Part shown: positions 53,235 through 64,000 of the stretch, in pieces
Position numbering within the stretch: the first letter of the stretch is position 1
Layout of the letters: each line of letters starts with the position of its first letter
NCBI RefSeq assembly: GCF_006345805.1
Contig: NC_042999.1
Span: forward strand, 74,524,001 to 74,588,000
DNA: 64,000 bases
From: Octopus sinensis
Taxonomy: Eukaryota
Direction of reading: 5' to 3'
Position numbers and translations under genes: made by a program
Notes under the pieces: model-generated
Seen by the model: the letters and a program-made list of their open reading frames with translations, nothing else
Databases searched by the model: none
What the model was told of the DNA's origin: nothing

Positions 53235-53960
53235 TCATCTTTATCATCGTTGTCATTTAAGGTCTGCTTTCCATGCTGGCATGAGTTGGATGGTTTGACT
53301 AAGGACTGGCAAGCCAGAAGGCTGCACCAGGCTCCAATCTGATCAGACAAAGTTTATACAGCTGGATGCCCTTCCTAACACTAACATTCCGAGAGTGTAG
53401 TGGGTGCTCTTACGTACCACCAGCATGATGGCCGGTCCGTCGGTTTTGGTAATGACCCTGCTCAAAGGTGTTTTTACATCCCACCTGCATGGGAGCCAGT
53501 CCGGTGGCGCTGGCAATGACCATGCTTGAATGTTGCTTTTCACATGCCACTGGCATATGTGCCGGTAAGGCGATGCTAGCAATGATCACACTCAAATGGT
53601 GCTTTTCACTTTACACCGGCACAGGAGCTAGTTAGTGGCCCTGACAACGATCACACTCGGATGTGCTTTTAAAGTTCCACTGGCATGAGTGCCAATCAGG
53701 TGGTACTGTCATCGGCCATGTCAGTGATTTTGATTTGTATATACTTGCCTCAATAGGTTTTCAATTTGTATATACTTGCCTCAAGCAAAGTTCATTGTCC
53801 AATGAATGAGGGATACTCGTAAGTAGGCAGGTTACACCTACTGGCATAGGCCACAGGTTATGGTCTCACTTAGCTTGTCAGGTCTTCTCAAGCACAACAT
53901 ATTTCCAAAGGTCTCGGTCACTAGTCATTGCCTCAGTAAGGCCCAATGTTTGAAGGTTGT
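53235..53960 (-). mobile_element. RTE tail element
   Basis: Family motifs. Confidence 0.8.
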
Positions 53961-54140
53961 GTTTCAGAAAATTCCACATCATGTCTTGTTTCCTGTCCAT
54001 GACAAAATCACAGAATACAGCATACACATGATCACAAAAATACAAATTTCAGTTACTTTTGGGGACGCCTTTGTATAGAGGGTGTTGGGGACTTGGGGAT
54101 AGCAGTGGAAATGAATTGGGTCAAAAATTGAAGAAATTAA

Positions 54141-54398
<258 letters not shown>

Positions 54399-55003
54399 TG
54401 AGGGAGATAATTATCCAAGGCCTGTATTTATCCAAATGTTATTCCCCTTGTGCAGGTGCATGGCTCAGTGGTTAGAGCGTAGAGCTCACAATCACTTGGC
54501 AAGACTTCTGCCAGCACCCCCAAAACCACGCTTTTCTTTAAATTTGGGAGAAAATGGTGGGGGGACGCACGGAAGTCTTTCCAGGCACTTTATTTCACAT
54601 TAGTCCAGATCACTCAGCTGTAGAAATGAGGTGCCAAGCTGTATCAGCCTTTGCCTTGGATAACATTGGTGGCATGGAGAAGGCAGTTTGGTATGCATGG
54701 GTGACTGCTGATCTGCCATAGACAACCTTGCCTGACTTGCGCCTCAGAGGGTAACTTTATAGGTGCAATTCCATGATCATTCTTGCCCGAAGGAGGTCTT
54801 TATGTATTGCATTTGCATAAGGTGGTATGAAGAAACTCCCCTACTAGTTCTGCAGCATGCCAACAGATTGTGGCACTTGGTTGTGTGAGTTGTGAGCGGT
54901 AGCGGTGATCTTCATGAAGCAGTGTGGTAAGTGACATCACTGTTGTACTTCACTGGTTGTGAAATTTAAGCTTTTAGCCAATGTAGTCACATCTAAATAT
55001 ATA

Positions 55004-56284
55004 TCACATCATCCCATAAGTTCTGTCCAATTTTACCTTTTTTTAAAATTGAATGAAATTTAATAGTATTTTAGAATGTCTAATGGAATTAAAAATTATT
55101 TTTATGCATTTATGTACATTTAGACTAATTAAATATTATTTTACAGAATAATAGAATTAAAATTTGTTTGATTAAAACCCTTTCTCACATGGAAGTATCC
55201 AAAGAGCATTTGAGGCACATAATGCTTTATGAGTACAAAAAAAGAAACTCTGCAGCTGAAGTAACTTGAAACATACACTCAGTTTATGGGAAAGAATGCT
55301 TGAATGAAAGAATTTGCAGAAAATGGTTTGCAAAATTCAGAAGTGGAGATTTCAGCCTTGAAGATGAAGATCGAACAGGACGTCCAGTTGAGTTTGATGA
55401 TAAACTCCTTGAGGTATTACTTGAAAAAAATCCTGCATTATCAGGTGAAGAATTGGCAATAAAGCTTAGTTCAAACCATACAACTGTTCATCATCATCTT
55501 CAACAACTTGGAAAGATTCCTAAACTTGGAAAATGGGTGCCTCATGAATTGTCCAAAAGCAACCACAAATCCCGAGTTTACATCTGCTCTTCTCTTCATT
55601 CTCACAAACTCATTTCACCCTTTTTGGATAGACCTGTGACTGGTGACGAAAAATGGATCTTCTATCGAAATGTTAAATGTAGTAAACAGTGGCTTGGTAA
55701 AAGGGGAAAAGCCCAACCACAACCGAGAATGGAACTTCATGGAAAAAAGGTTCTTCTCTCTATCTGGTGGGATTGCAAAGGAGTAATTTACTTGGAATTG
55801 TTACCACCTAATGCAACAATCAATGCTCAAATCTATTGTCAGCAATTAGAGCATTTGAACCAAGCTTTGAAGATAAAAAGACCTGCTTTAGTGAATCGAA
55901 AAGGAGTGATGTTTCATCAGGACAATGTGCGACCCCACACTGCAAAGATCACGTCACAGAAGATTGATGAGCTTGGTTGGAAAAAATTCCTCATCCACCT
56001 TATTCTCTTAACCTTGCTCCTTCAGACTACTATTTGTTTTGTAGTTTACAGAATCATTTGGGGGACATAACTTTCGCAAGCCAGGAGTAGGTTGAAACTG
56101 ACATTTCAGAGTTTTTTGCTTTGAAACCAAAAGAGTTTTACATTGATGGGATTTAAAAGCTTGTAAATAGATGGAAGGAAGTCATAGATAATCAGGGAAA
56201 GATGATTAAATTTCAACTAAATATAACATTTGAACACTTGTTTTCTTTATTCAAGATTTGGACAAAACTTATGGGATGACCTGA
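55004..56284 (+). mobile_element. Full-length (1281 bp) mariner, DD34D transposase pseudogene
   Basis: Both TIRs with TA flanks; WVPHEL, TGDEKW, HQDNVRPH; early stop near 55267 and frameshift near 55985. Confidence 0.92.
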
Positions 56285-56289
56285 TAGAA

Positions 56290-57120
56290 AGATGCAGTGT
56301 TCATTGTAAGGAGATTGCAAGAAGAATACCGAGATAAGAAGGAGTTGTGAATATGCTTCGTTGATCTAGAGAAGGCATTTGATAGAGTTCCAAGGAAGGT
56401 GATTGAGTGGGCATTGAGGAAGGGATGTGTACTTGAGGTAATAGTGAGGGCAGTGAGGAGTTTGTATGAGTGGGTAAAGACAAGATTTAAAGTTGAATCA
56501 GAGCTGTTGGAGGAGTTTGCGTTGAAAGTTGGTGTGCATCAGGGATCTGTGTTGTCACTATTGTTGTTTGCAATAGTGGTTGATGTAGTGATGGAGAGTG
56601 CAAGAGAGGAATTGATAATGGAGATACTGTATGTGGATGACCTTGTTCTGATGAGTGAGACAATGGAGGGATTGAGGGAGAAGTTTTGGGAATGAAAGGA
56701 AGCATTTGAAAGCAAGGGTTTGAAGGTAAACTTTGAGAAGACATTGAGAAAACATTGGAAGGAGAAGTGTTAGTGAGTAAGGTGGATCCATGTGGTGTAT
56801 GTGGGAGGAGGGTAATGGCATATGCAGTGTTGTGTACAAGATGTGAGAAATGGATTCATGGTAGATGTACGAAAATGAAGGTGACCCCAAGACTGGCGAG
56901 AGATTTTATTTGTGGAAGATGTGAGAAAGGAGCTGGAGAGCTGGCAAAGTCAGTGGAAACACTATGTGACGAGGTGGAGACGGTGAGAGGGTTTTTTTTT
57001 ATTCAAGTGATAGGGTGGATGTAAGTGGTGGATGTGAAGCAGCTGTGACAGCAAGAGCGAGACTTCGCTTGGTGAAGTTTAGGGAATGTGGAGCCTTGTT
57101 TTATGGGAAAAGGTTCTCAT
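56290..57120 (+). mobile_element. RTE-clade RT fragment
   Basis: FVDLEKAFDRVPRKVIEWALRK, VGVHQGSVLS, ILYVDDLVL. Confidence 0.8.
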
Positions 57121-57121
57121 T

Positions 57122-57590
57122 TAAGTTCATTGTCCAATAAATGAGGGGTACTCATAAGTGGGCCAGTTACACCCCACATTCAGATGTGCTTTTAACGTTC
57201 CACTGGCACAAGTGCCAATCAGGCATACTGTCATCAGCCATGTCAGCGATTTTGATTTGTTTACATTTGCCTCATTAAGTCTTCGCAAGCAAAGTTCATT
57301 GTCCAATGAATGAGGAGTACTCATAAGTGAGCTGGTTACATGTCACGTTCGGATGTGCTATTAACGTTCCACTGGCATGAGTGCCAATCAGCTGTACTGT
57401 CATTGGCCACGTCAGCAATTTTGATTTGTTTACACTTGCCTCAATAGGTCTTTGCAAGCAAAGTTCATCCAGCTGTAAAAAACCTTGCCAAAGCAGACAG
57501 TGAAGCCTGGTGCAGTCTTCTGCCAACCCAGCTACTGTCAAACAGTCCAACCTATGCCGGCATGGAAAGCAGATGTTGAATGATGATGAG
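57122..57590. mobile_element. Fused RTE tail pieces in opposite orientations
   Basis: 57122-57470 is the minus-type internal part; 57470-57590 is a plus-type tail ending gatgatg. Confidence 0.65.
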
Positions 57591-57643
57591 AGATAAGATA
57601 TTGTATATGTTCCAATGTTTTTATTCTGTTTTTTATTTTCTAG

Positions 57644-57940
57644 CCGGAGTTCAAGAAATTTACCCCAGTTTTGCACGACAGAATGCTTTGAACAACAACT
57701 TCGGGAACCCTCGCTTGCCTCCTTATCCTCACTCCATTCCGATTCACGCTTTGGCGCAAGTAAAACAACCAACTCCTGCTTTATCTGGTATAACCACAAC
57801 AGTGACAAGTCCACGAAGTACTAATTTAGGGCCTCAGTCTGGTTTAGCTGTGGTCGATCAGGCGGTATCTGTAGTAGCTTGCTTTGCCAGTCCTCGATGC
57901 TGTGTGGGTTTCACACCACCAATACCAATCGAACGCAGAG
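57644..57940 (+). CDS. BCAS3: BCAS3 exon (phase 1 to 1): GVQEIYPSFARQNALNNNFGNPRLPPYP...ALAQVKQP...VVACFASPRCCVGFTPPIPIERR
   Basis: Acceptor ttttattttctag, donor gtaagc; resembles human NNNPGNPRLSPLP...PLAQIKQP and CVAAIFGTSR. Confidence 0.93.
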
Positions 57941-58639
57941 GTAAGCTGGATAATTAATCATTTTATTGAATTGATAATCAAGTTTCTATGTTTTTGAAAT
58001 TGTTGCTGATCATTTCTGGTTACTTCTTGTGGCCATTATCTTACCATATAAGTGTTTGAATTTTGATGACTTTAACCCTTTGGTTTCTATTTTATAATCT
58101 ACTACTGTCTTTGTTTCAATTAATTTTGAAAATAATGAAGAATTTAGTAAAATAACTTTCTCATTATCAAACAGTTGAAATAAACAGCATTTGTCCTAAT
58201 TAATTTTGAAAATTACGAAGTAAATTAACTTTGTCATATGTTCGTAGTTTCTTCAACCATCTAAGAGCTGTCATGTATTCCATAGTATGCACTATATCCT
58301 CCTGTGTGTATGCATCATAATCATCGTTTAACATAATTGGACTATTAAAATAGCCATTTTTTTTTGCTCTAATTAATTTTGAAAATATTGAATTTAGTAA
58401 AATAACTTTCTCATTTCATTTTTGGATTTGGTTTGCAAGATTCTTAATGTGAGTTCGTGTGTTGAAGCATATTCTGTTGTGTCTGAGGAGAGTCATTCTC
58501 TTTTGGTGCCTTATAATTTAACACACTCACCGGTAAAATTTCCACTCATTACTTTTTTTAATTTTCTAAAATTTTTGTTGCGTCTTGCAACCATTTCAAT
58601 AGTTTTGACTCTGTCTGTCACACTGCATTCCTTTTTGGA

Positions 58640-58951
58640 TCAGTGTGTGTGTGTGTGTGCCTATACATGCATGTGTGTGTATGCATGTATGTGTGTGTGT
58701 GTATGTGTGTGTGCACATGTATCTATTTATGTGTGTACATTTGTATGTATGTATTTATTCTGCATATTCATGTGTTTGCATGTCTGTATGTGTGTGTGTG
58801 AGTGTGTGTGTGTGTGTGTACCTCTATCTCCTTGTGCATGCATGTCTGAATGTGTGTGTGTTTTGCAACTATGTACTGTGTTTGTATATATGGATGTGCA
58901 TCTGCATATGTGTGTACGTGTGTCTCCATATGTGTCCTTGTGTGAAGTAAA

Positions 58952-59001
<50 letters not shown>

Positions 59002-59070
59002 TTGTATATGGTCATGTGTTTCAGTCTTCTTTTGTGTACATGTGCTTGTTTGTTCATATAACCTGCGTAA
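58640..59070. repeat. Compound (GT)n/(GTAT)n microsatellite
   Basis: Direct reading. Confidence 0.9.
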
Positions 59071-59537
59071 CTATCCGTCTGTGTTTCTCATTATCAAACT
59101 GTTGAAATAAACAGCATTTGCCCTAATAAATTTTGAAAATCACAAAGAATTTTAGTAAATTAACTTTGTCATATGTTTGTCATTTCTTCAACCATCCAAG
59201 AGCTGTCATACATTCCATGATATGCACTATATCCTCCTGTGTGTATATATCATAATCATTGTTTAACATAATTAGACTATTGAAATAGACATTGTTTTGC
59301 TCTAATTAATTTTGAAAATAATGAAGAATTCATCAACATAATTCATCATTATTAAGCTGGTGTTTGGGAGATGGATTAACACGGAATTTTGTGTTGCCAT
59401 ATTTCAGTAGAAATGTACCACCTTTGAAAATAATGGAGAATTTAGTAAAGTAACTTTGTCGTATGTTAGTTGGTTCTTCAGCCATCCAAGAGCTGTCATG
59501 CATTCCAGAGTATGCAGTATAGCTGCCTGTGTATATA

Positions 59538-60807
59538 CACAGACATGCAGGAAGTAGATACACACCTTTAGTTTTCAAAATCTTTTATTTAACACTCAAA
59601 GCGAACGATTGAAATGTAATCGATAGGTAGGACTACATACTTTAGTATTTAGTTGACATTCCCTTTGAAGATTTTAATTCAGAAACTCTTTTTAGCATTG
59701 AGCTTTGTGATTGTGTCTTGTGGAATTTCTACCCAATTTTCACACAACAATCGAAATAATTCATCTTTAGATTTAGGTTTCTGTTGAGTTTTTTGTATAG
59801 CTCTATCTGGTATGCTCCAAAGATTTTCAGTTAGGTTCATGTCAGGAGATTGGCTCGGCCAAGGAAGCTTTTTGATCCCATTTTCAGTCAGCCATTGTTG
59901 ATTCCTTTTTGCTGTGTGGCATGGAGCCCCATCTTCCATGAATAAAAACTCATTTTTCTCTGTGTTATCACATGAATACCTTGAGAGTAGTCCTTGCTTA
60001 AGTATTTCAATGTATTTTTCAGAGTTTATGGTTCAAACACATTCGATCAGCTCAGAATGACCATTGCTGGTGACAGCTCCCCATACCATTACAGAGATAC
60101 TGCTGTGTTTCACAGTTGGTTGGAGTTATTTCAAATCAAATTCTTGATTGGGATGCCTCCAGACCCAAACACGTCCACTGTCTGAAAATAATGCAAATCT
60201 GGATTCATCTGAGAAAATCACTCTATCACAAAATGAACTGGATTTTTCTGACATCTCCTTAGCCCGTATTTTTCTTTTCATGATATTAATTGGTTGAAGG
60301 AGAGGTTTTCTTCTAGATGCTTGTCCATAATACCCAAGCTTATGCAGATATGTAACACACGGTCTTGGACTAACTTCTAGCTGTTTTGCAATGTCAGAAG
60401 CCTTCGAACGGGGTTTGTTCTCCACAATTCTTTGCAAACAGCAAAGCTTCCTTTCCGAGGGTTCAGGTTGGCTGGGACGAGAATCTGTTGATTCTTTTCC
60501 TTGGCTTCTGAATTTCACTATAATTCTATTAACAGTAGCAAGAGGAATTTAAAGATTTTTGGCAATTTTTTGGTGGCTAAGACCAGCCTTAGATTGCCCA
60601 ACAATATGACCTCTTTGAAATTCTGATAGTTCTGCTGAATTTTTTTGTATGTGGCATGGTTACTCTTAGCAAAAGTTTAATATAATGTCACCTGGAATGA
60701 AAAAGAATAATTACATTGAAAATTCTATACCGCTAAAAACATATTAAGATGCTTAGATCAGAAAGTTTGAAAATTAAAGGTGTCTGTTTACTTCCTGCAT
60801 GTCTGTG
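59538..60807 (-). mobile_element. Full-length (1270 bp) Tc1-like DD34E element, decayed
   Basis: TA-flanked TIRs; RRKPLL, VIFSDESRF, EDGAPCH, WPSQSPDMN(L)TENLW. Confidence 0.9.
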
Positions 60808-61074
60808 TATATCATAACATTACTGTTTAATGTCTGCTTTCCATACTGGCATAGGTAGCATGGTTTGTCATAGCTCTGAAACAAGGTGAAACAAAGTGGA
60901 AATAAATAGTACTCTAGTACTGGAGGGAGAATAATATGGTTTAGTTATAAAGCTGCAAAGTCATCACAAAAACTGTTACTCAGAGTTTCATATTCCTTTT
61001 CACTAGAAACTGTCCGATGAACAGGAACATGAAGCTCTGAGTAACAGCTTACGTGATGTCTTTGTAACTTTTTA

Positions 61075-61325
61075 TTCTTTTATTTGCTTCAGTCATTTGA
61101 CTGCGGCCATGCTGGAGCACCACCTTTAGTCGAACAAATCAACCACAGGACTTACTTTTTGTAAGCCTAGTACTTATTCTATCAGTATCTTTTGCCAAAC
61201 CGCTAAGTTATGGGGACGTAGACATGCCACCATCGGATGTCATACGATAGTGGGGGGACAAACAAAGGCACACAAACACATACATGCATATATATATATA
61301 TATATATATATACATGACGGGCTTG
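61075..61325 (+). mobile_element. Abundant SINE-like repeat
   Basis: cagtcatttgactgcggccatgctggagcacc...agcctagtacttattctatc...ccgctaagtta; also at 45270-45620. Confidence 0.65.
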
Positions 61326-61629
61326 GTAACGAGAGTAAAGACAAAGAATGGTGAGTCTTACATTATAGTATATTTCTTAGTTGATAATTCTGCTGCGAAG
61401 TAGATATAGGATGGATGATATTTTCATCTGTAGTCCCAAGTTTCAGTAGGTGCATATTTTCCACGCGTTTATTCTAGCTAGACTTTTCACCGGCAATGTA
61501 AAGGTGTAAAGGAAGAGGTGTAACTCTTACTCATAGTGAAAAGGGGACTAACTCTATGTGGATTACTCAGTCGAGGGTGAGTAAGGTATTTATGTGTCTT
61601 TTGGACAAGACACATTTACTTCTTGCATC

Positions 61630-62235
61630 CGGACGTGGGGTGTAACTAGCCCACTTATAAGTACCCCTCATTCATTGGACAATGAACTTCACTTGCGAAG
61701 ACCCATTGAGACAAGTGTAAACAAACCAAATTCACTGACGTGGCTGATGACAGTACCACCTGATTGGCACTCGTGCCAATGGAACATTAAAAGCATATCT
61801 GAGCATGATCATTGCCAGGGCCACAGATTGGCTCCCATGTTGGTGACATGTGAAAGGCACCATTTGAGCATGATCATTGCCAGCGTCGCCTTACTGGCAC
61901 ATGTGCTGGTGGCATGTGAAAAACAACATTTGAGCGTGGTTGTTGTCAGTGCCGCTGCAATGGCTCCTGTGCAGGTAGCATGTAAAAACACCTTTTGAGT
62001 GTGAGCGTGGTTGTTGCCAGAACTGCCTGACTGGCCCTCATACTGGTAGCATGTAAATAGCACCCACTACACTCTCAGAGTGGTTGGCGTTAGGGAGGGC
62101 ATCCAGCTGTAGAAACTTTGCCAGACCAGATTGAGCCTTGTACAGCCTCTGGCTCACCACTCTTCAGTCAAGCTGTCCAACCCATGCCAGCATGGAAAGC
62201 GGATGTTAAATGATGATAATGATGATGATGATGAC
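61630..62235 (+). mobile_element. RTE tail element
   Basis: Family motifs, ends gttaaatgatgataatgatg. Confidence 0.8.
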
Positions 62236-62277
62236 ATATATATACTTCCTCCATTTACTTCTTGCATATGTATATAC

Positions 62278-62322
<45 letters not shown>

Positions 62323-62447
62323 GCTTGTTTCAGTTTCTGTCTTCCAAATCCACTCACAAAGCTTTTAGTTGCCCCCAGGCTATGGTACAACCATGCGATT
62401 TACAAACTTATAAGTCATTGATTTTTTTTTTCTATTTCTCAATGCAG

Positions 62448-62610
62448 AAGGAAAGAAACCTTTCACATCATTATACATTCTGGGCCATGAAGCGCTTCTC
62501 ACTGAATATGTCCTGGAACCCCGCCCTAAAGCCGCAGCGACGGACAAGATATCTGATGACACACCGCTAGAGCTCGTTGTGATTGGACAATTCCAGTGGC
62601 CTCTACAGAG
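62448..62610 (+). CDS. BCAS3: BCAS3 exon (phase 1 to 2): GKKPFTSLYILGHEALLTEYVLEPRPKAAATDKISDDTPLELVVIGQFQWPLQ
   Basis: Acceptor ttctcaatgcag, donor gtaaca; resembles human [21 protein letters not shown]...KISDDTPLE. Confidence 0.93.
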
Positions 62611-62867
62611 GTAACAGTCTTTTTTTTAATCTGCATTTTACTTGTTATAGGTGTTAAACTGTAGCCAAGCTATGGCATTAACCTTGATGGGTTTTGGTTG
62701 AAGAGAGCAACCCTGATGCGTATCTTTTTAGGTTTTGTTTCTTTCTCTGTTTGGACTGTTGCCATGCTGGAGCACCACATTGAAGTGATTGGTCTCTGTG
62801 CCACGTTGTGGGCAGAAATAGGTTTGCAGGCCATGCTGGGACAGTGATTGATTTGTGAGCTGTGCTG

Positions 62868-64000
62868 AAATGGTCATTGGCTTGTGGGCTGCACTGGAAC
62901 AGCCATTGGCCCATAGGTTGCATCAGAACAGTCATTGGCCTATGGGCCACACTGGAACACTCATTGGCCTGCGGGCTGCATCAGAACAATCATTGGCCCA
63001 CAGGCCATGCTTGTCTCAGTCATTGGCCTGTGGGTCACACTGGATCAGTTCACTTGAAGGGTCTTGGTTGAAGACAGCAACAGCAAGGCTTTTGCCTGGT
63101 TTTCAGTCATAGGCCTGTGTGCCATTTATTGTCTTAGTGCAGCCTGAGTGTTAATGACTGCGCTGGCATGGTTTGTGGGCCAATGACTGTGCTGGCGTGG
63201 TTTGTGGGCCAATGATGTCTTGGAGCAGTCTGTGGGCCATGCCTGTCGGAAAGTGTGTTTCGTAAAAGATGGAAGTCTGTAGCAAGTATGTTGCGAGTGA
63301 AAGAACCTGTCTAAATGAGAACAAAAAAGGATGAAGCAAAGTCTTCAGCGTGAGTTTGTGGTTTGTGGTGTGGACTGCATCCTACGCTTCATTTTTTTGT
63401 AAATCACTCATTCCCTTTTAATTGTATATATTTTAATTGTTTATTCATATGTTTCGTCTCATTCAATCCCCTGACCCCAATGTTTGTTTTGGCTGTCCTT
63501 GTATCGTCCCCTCTTTTTCTGAACCTCATGGTTAATAAAGAAATTGACTGTCTTGGTGCAGCTTGCAGGCCAATGAATGAATTTCAGGTGTTTGTCATTA
63601 TCATCATCATTTAAATGCCCATTTAACTATGCTGGCCATGCTGCAACAATCTTTTTGACTGCAGGCCACACTGGAACAATAATTGGCTCATGGGCCATGC
63701 TTTAGTTATTGGCCTGGGGGGCACACCAAGACAGTCTTTGCTCCACTGTCTACATTGGAAGATCCTTTGGTTCGTAGCTTGCATCAAGACAGTAATTGGT
63801 CCGCAGGCCATACTGAGACAATCCACACCAGAACAGAAACTGGCCTGCAAGCTGTGCCAGCACAGTTATTAGCCTGTGGAATGTGTCACGACAGTCATTC
63901 ACTCATGGGCTGCAGTAGAACAACCTTTGGCCCATAGATGACACTGAGACAGTCATTGGCTTGTGGGCCATGCTTGTTTCAGTCATCAGACCTTGGGCCA
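62868..64000 (+). repeat. Diverged ~29-bp minisatellite in two blocks (62868-63050 and 63660-64000)
   Basis: Unit cagtcattggcctgtgggccacactggaa. Confidence 0.7.

Noticed and set aside
58422-59105. 227-aa Cys/Val-rich ORF (also 51550-51822)
   Set aside because: Translation of (GT)n tracts.
61326-61625. Unexplained 300 bp with an RY(R)MDDIFI RT-like string
   Set aside because: One short motif amid stops; too weak to call.

Overview
AT-rich animal genomic DNA. The repeat repertoire points to a coleoid cephalopod, most likely Octopus (inference). The window holds 11 consecutive internal coding exons of a BCAS3/Rudhira orthologue (PROPPIN-like WD40 autophagy protein) on the + strand, from 21180 to 62610. 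They total 1513 nt and splice in phase into 503 full codons with no stop; the N- and C-terminal exons lie outside the window or were not found. Most of the rest is transposon-derived: R4/Dong-like, RTE and CR1 LINEs, at least two kinds of Penelope-like elements (several with hammerhead ribozyme motifs and inverted terminal copies), mariner, Tc1 and piggyBac relics, tRNA-derived SINEs, microsatellites and a 100-N gap. Best leads: an atypical GTTAAGTAT splice donor that fits shifted U1 pairing, intact and near-intact hammerhead ribozymes, a 2.5-kb intronic inversion that splits two elements reciprocally, a foldback MITE with an 8-bp target duplication, several hairpins, and a CR1 whose lesions look like sequencing indels.
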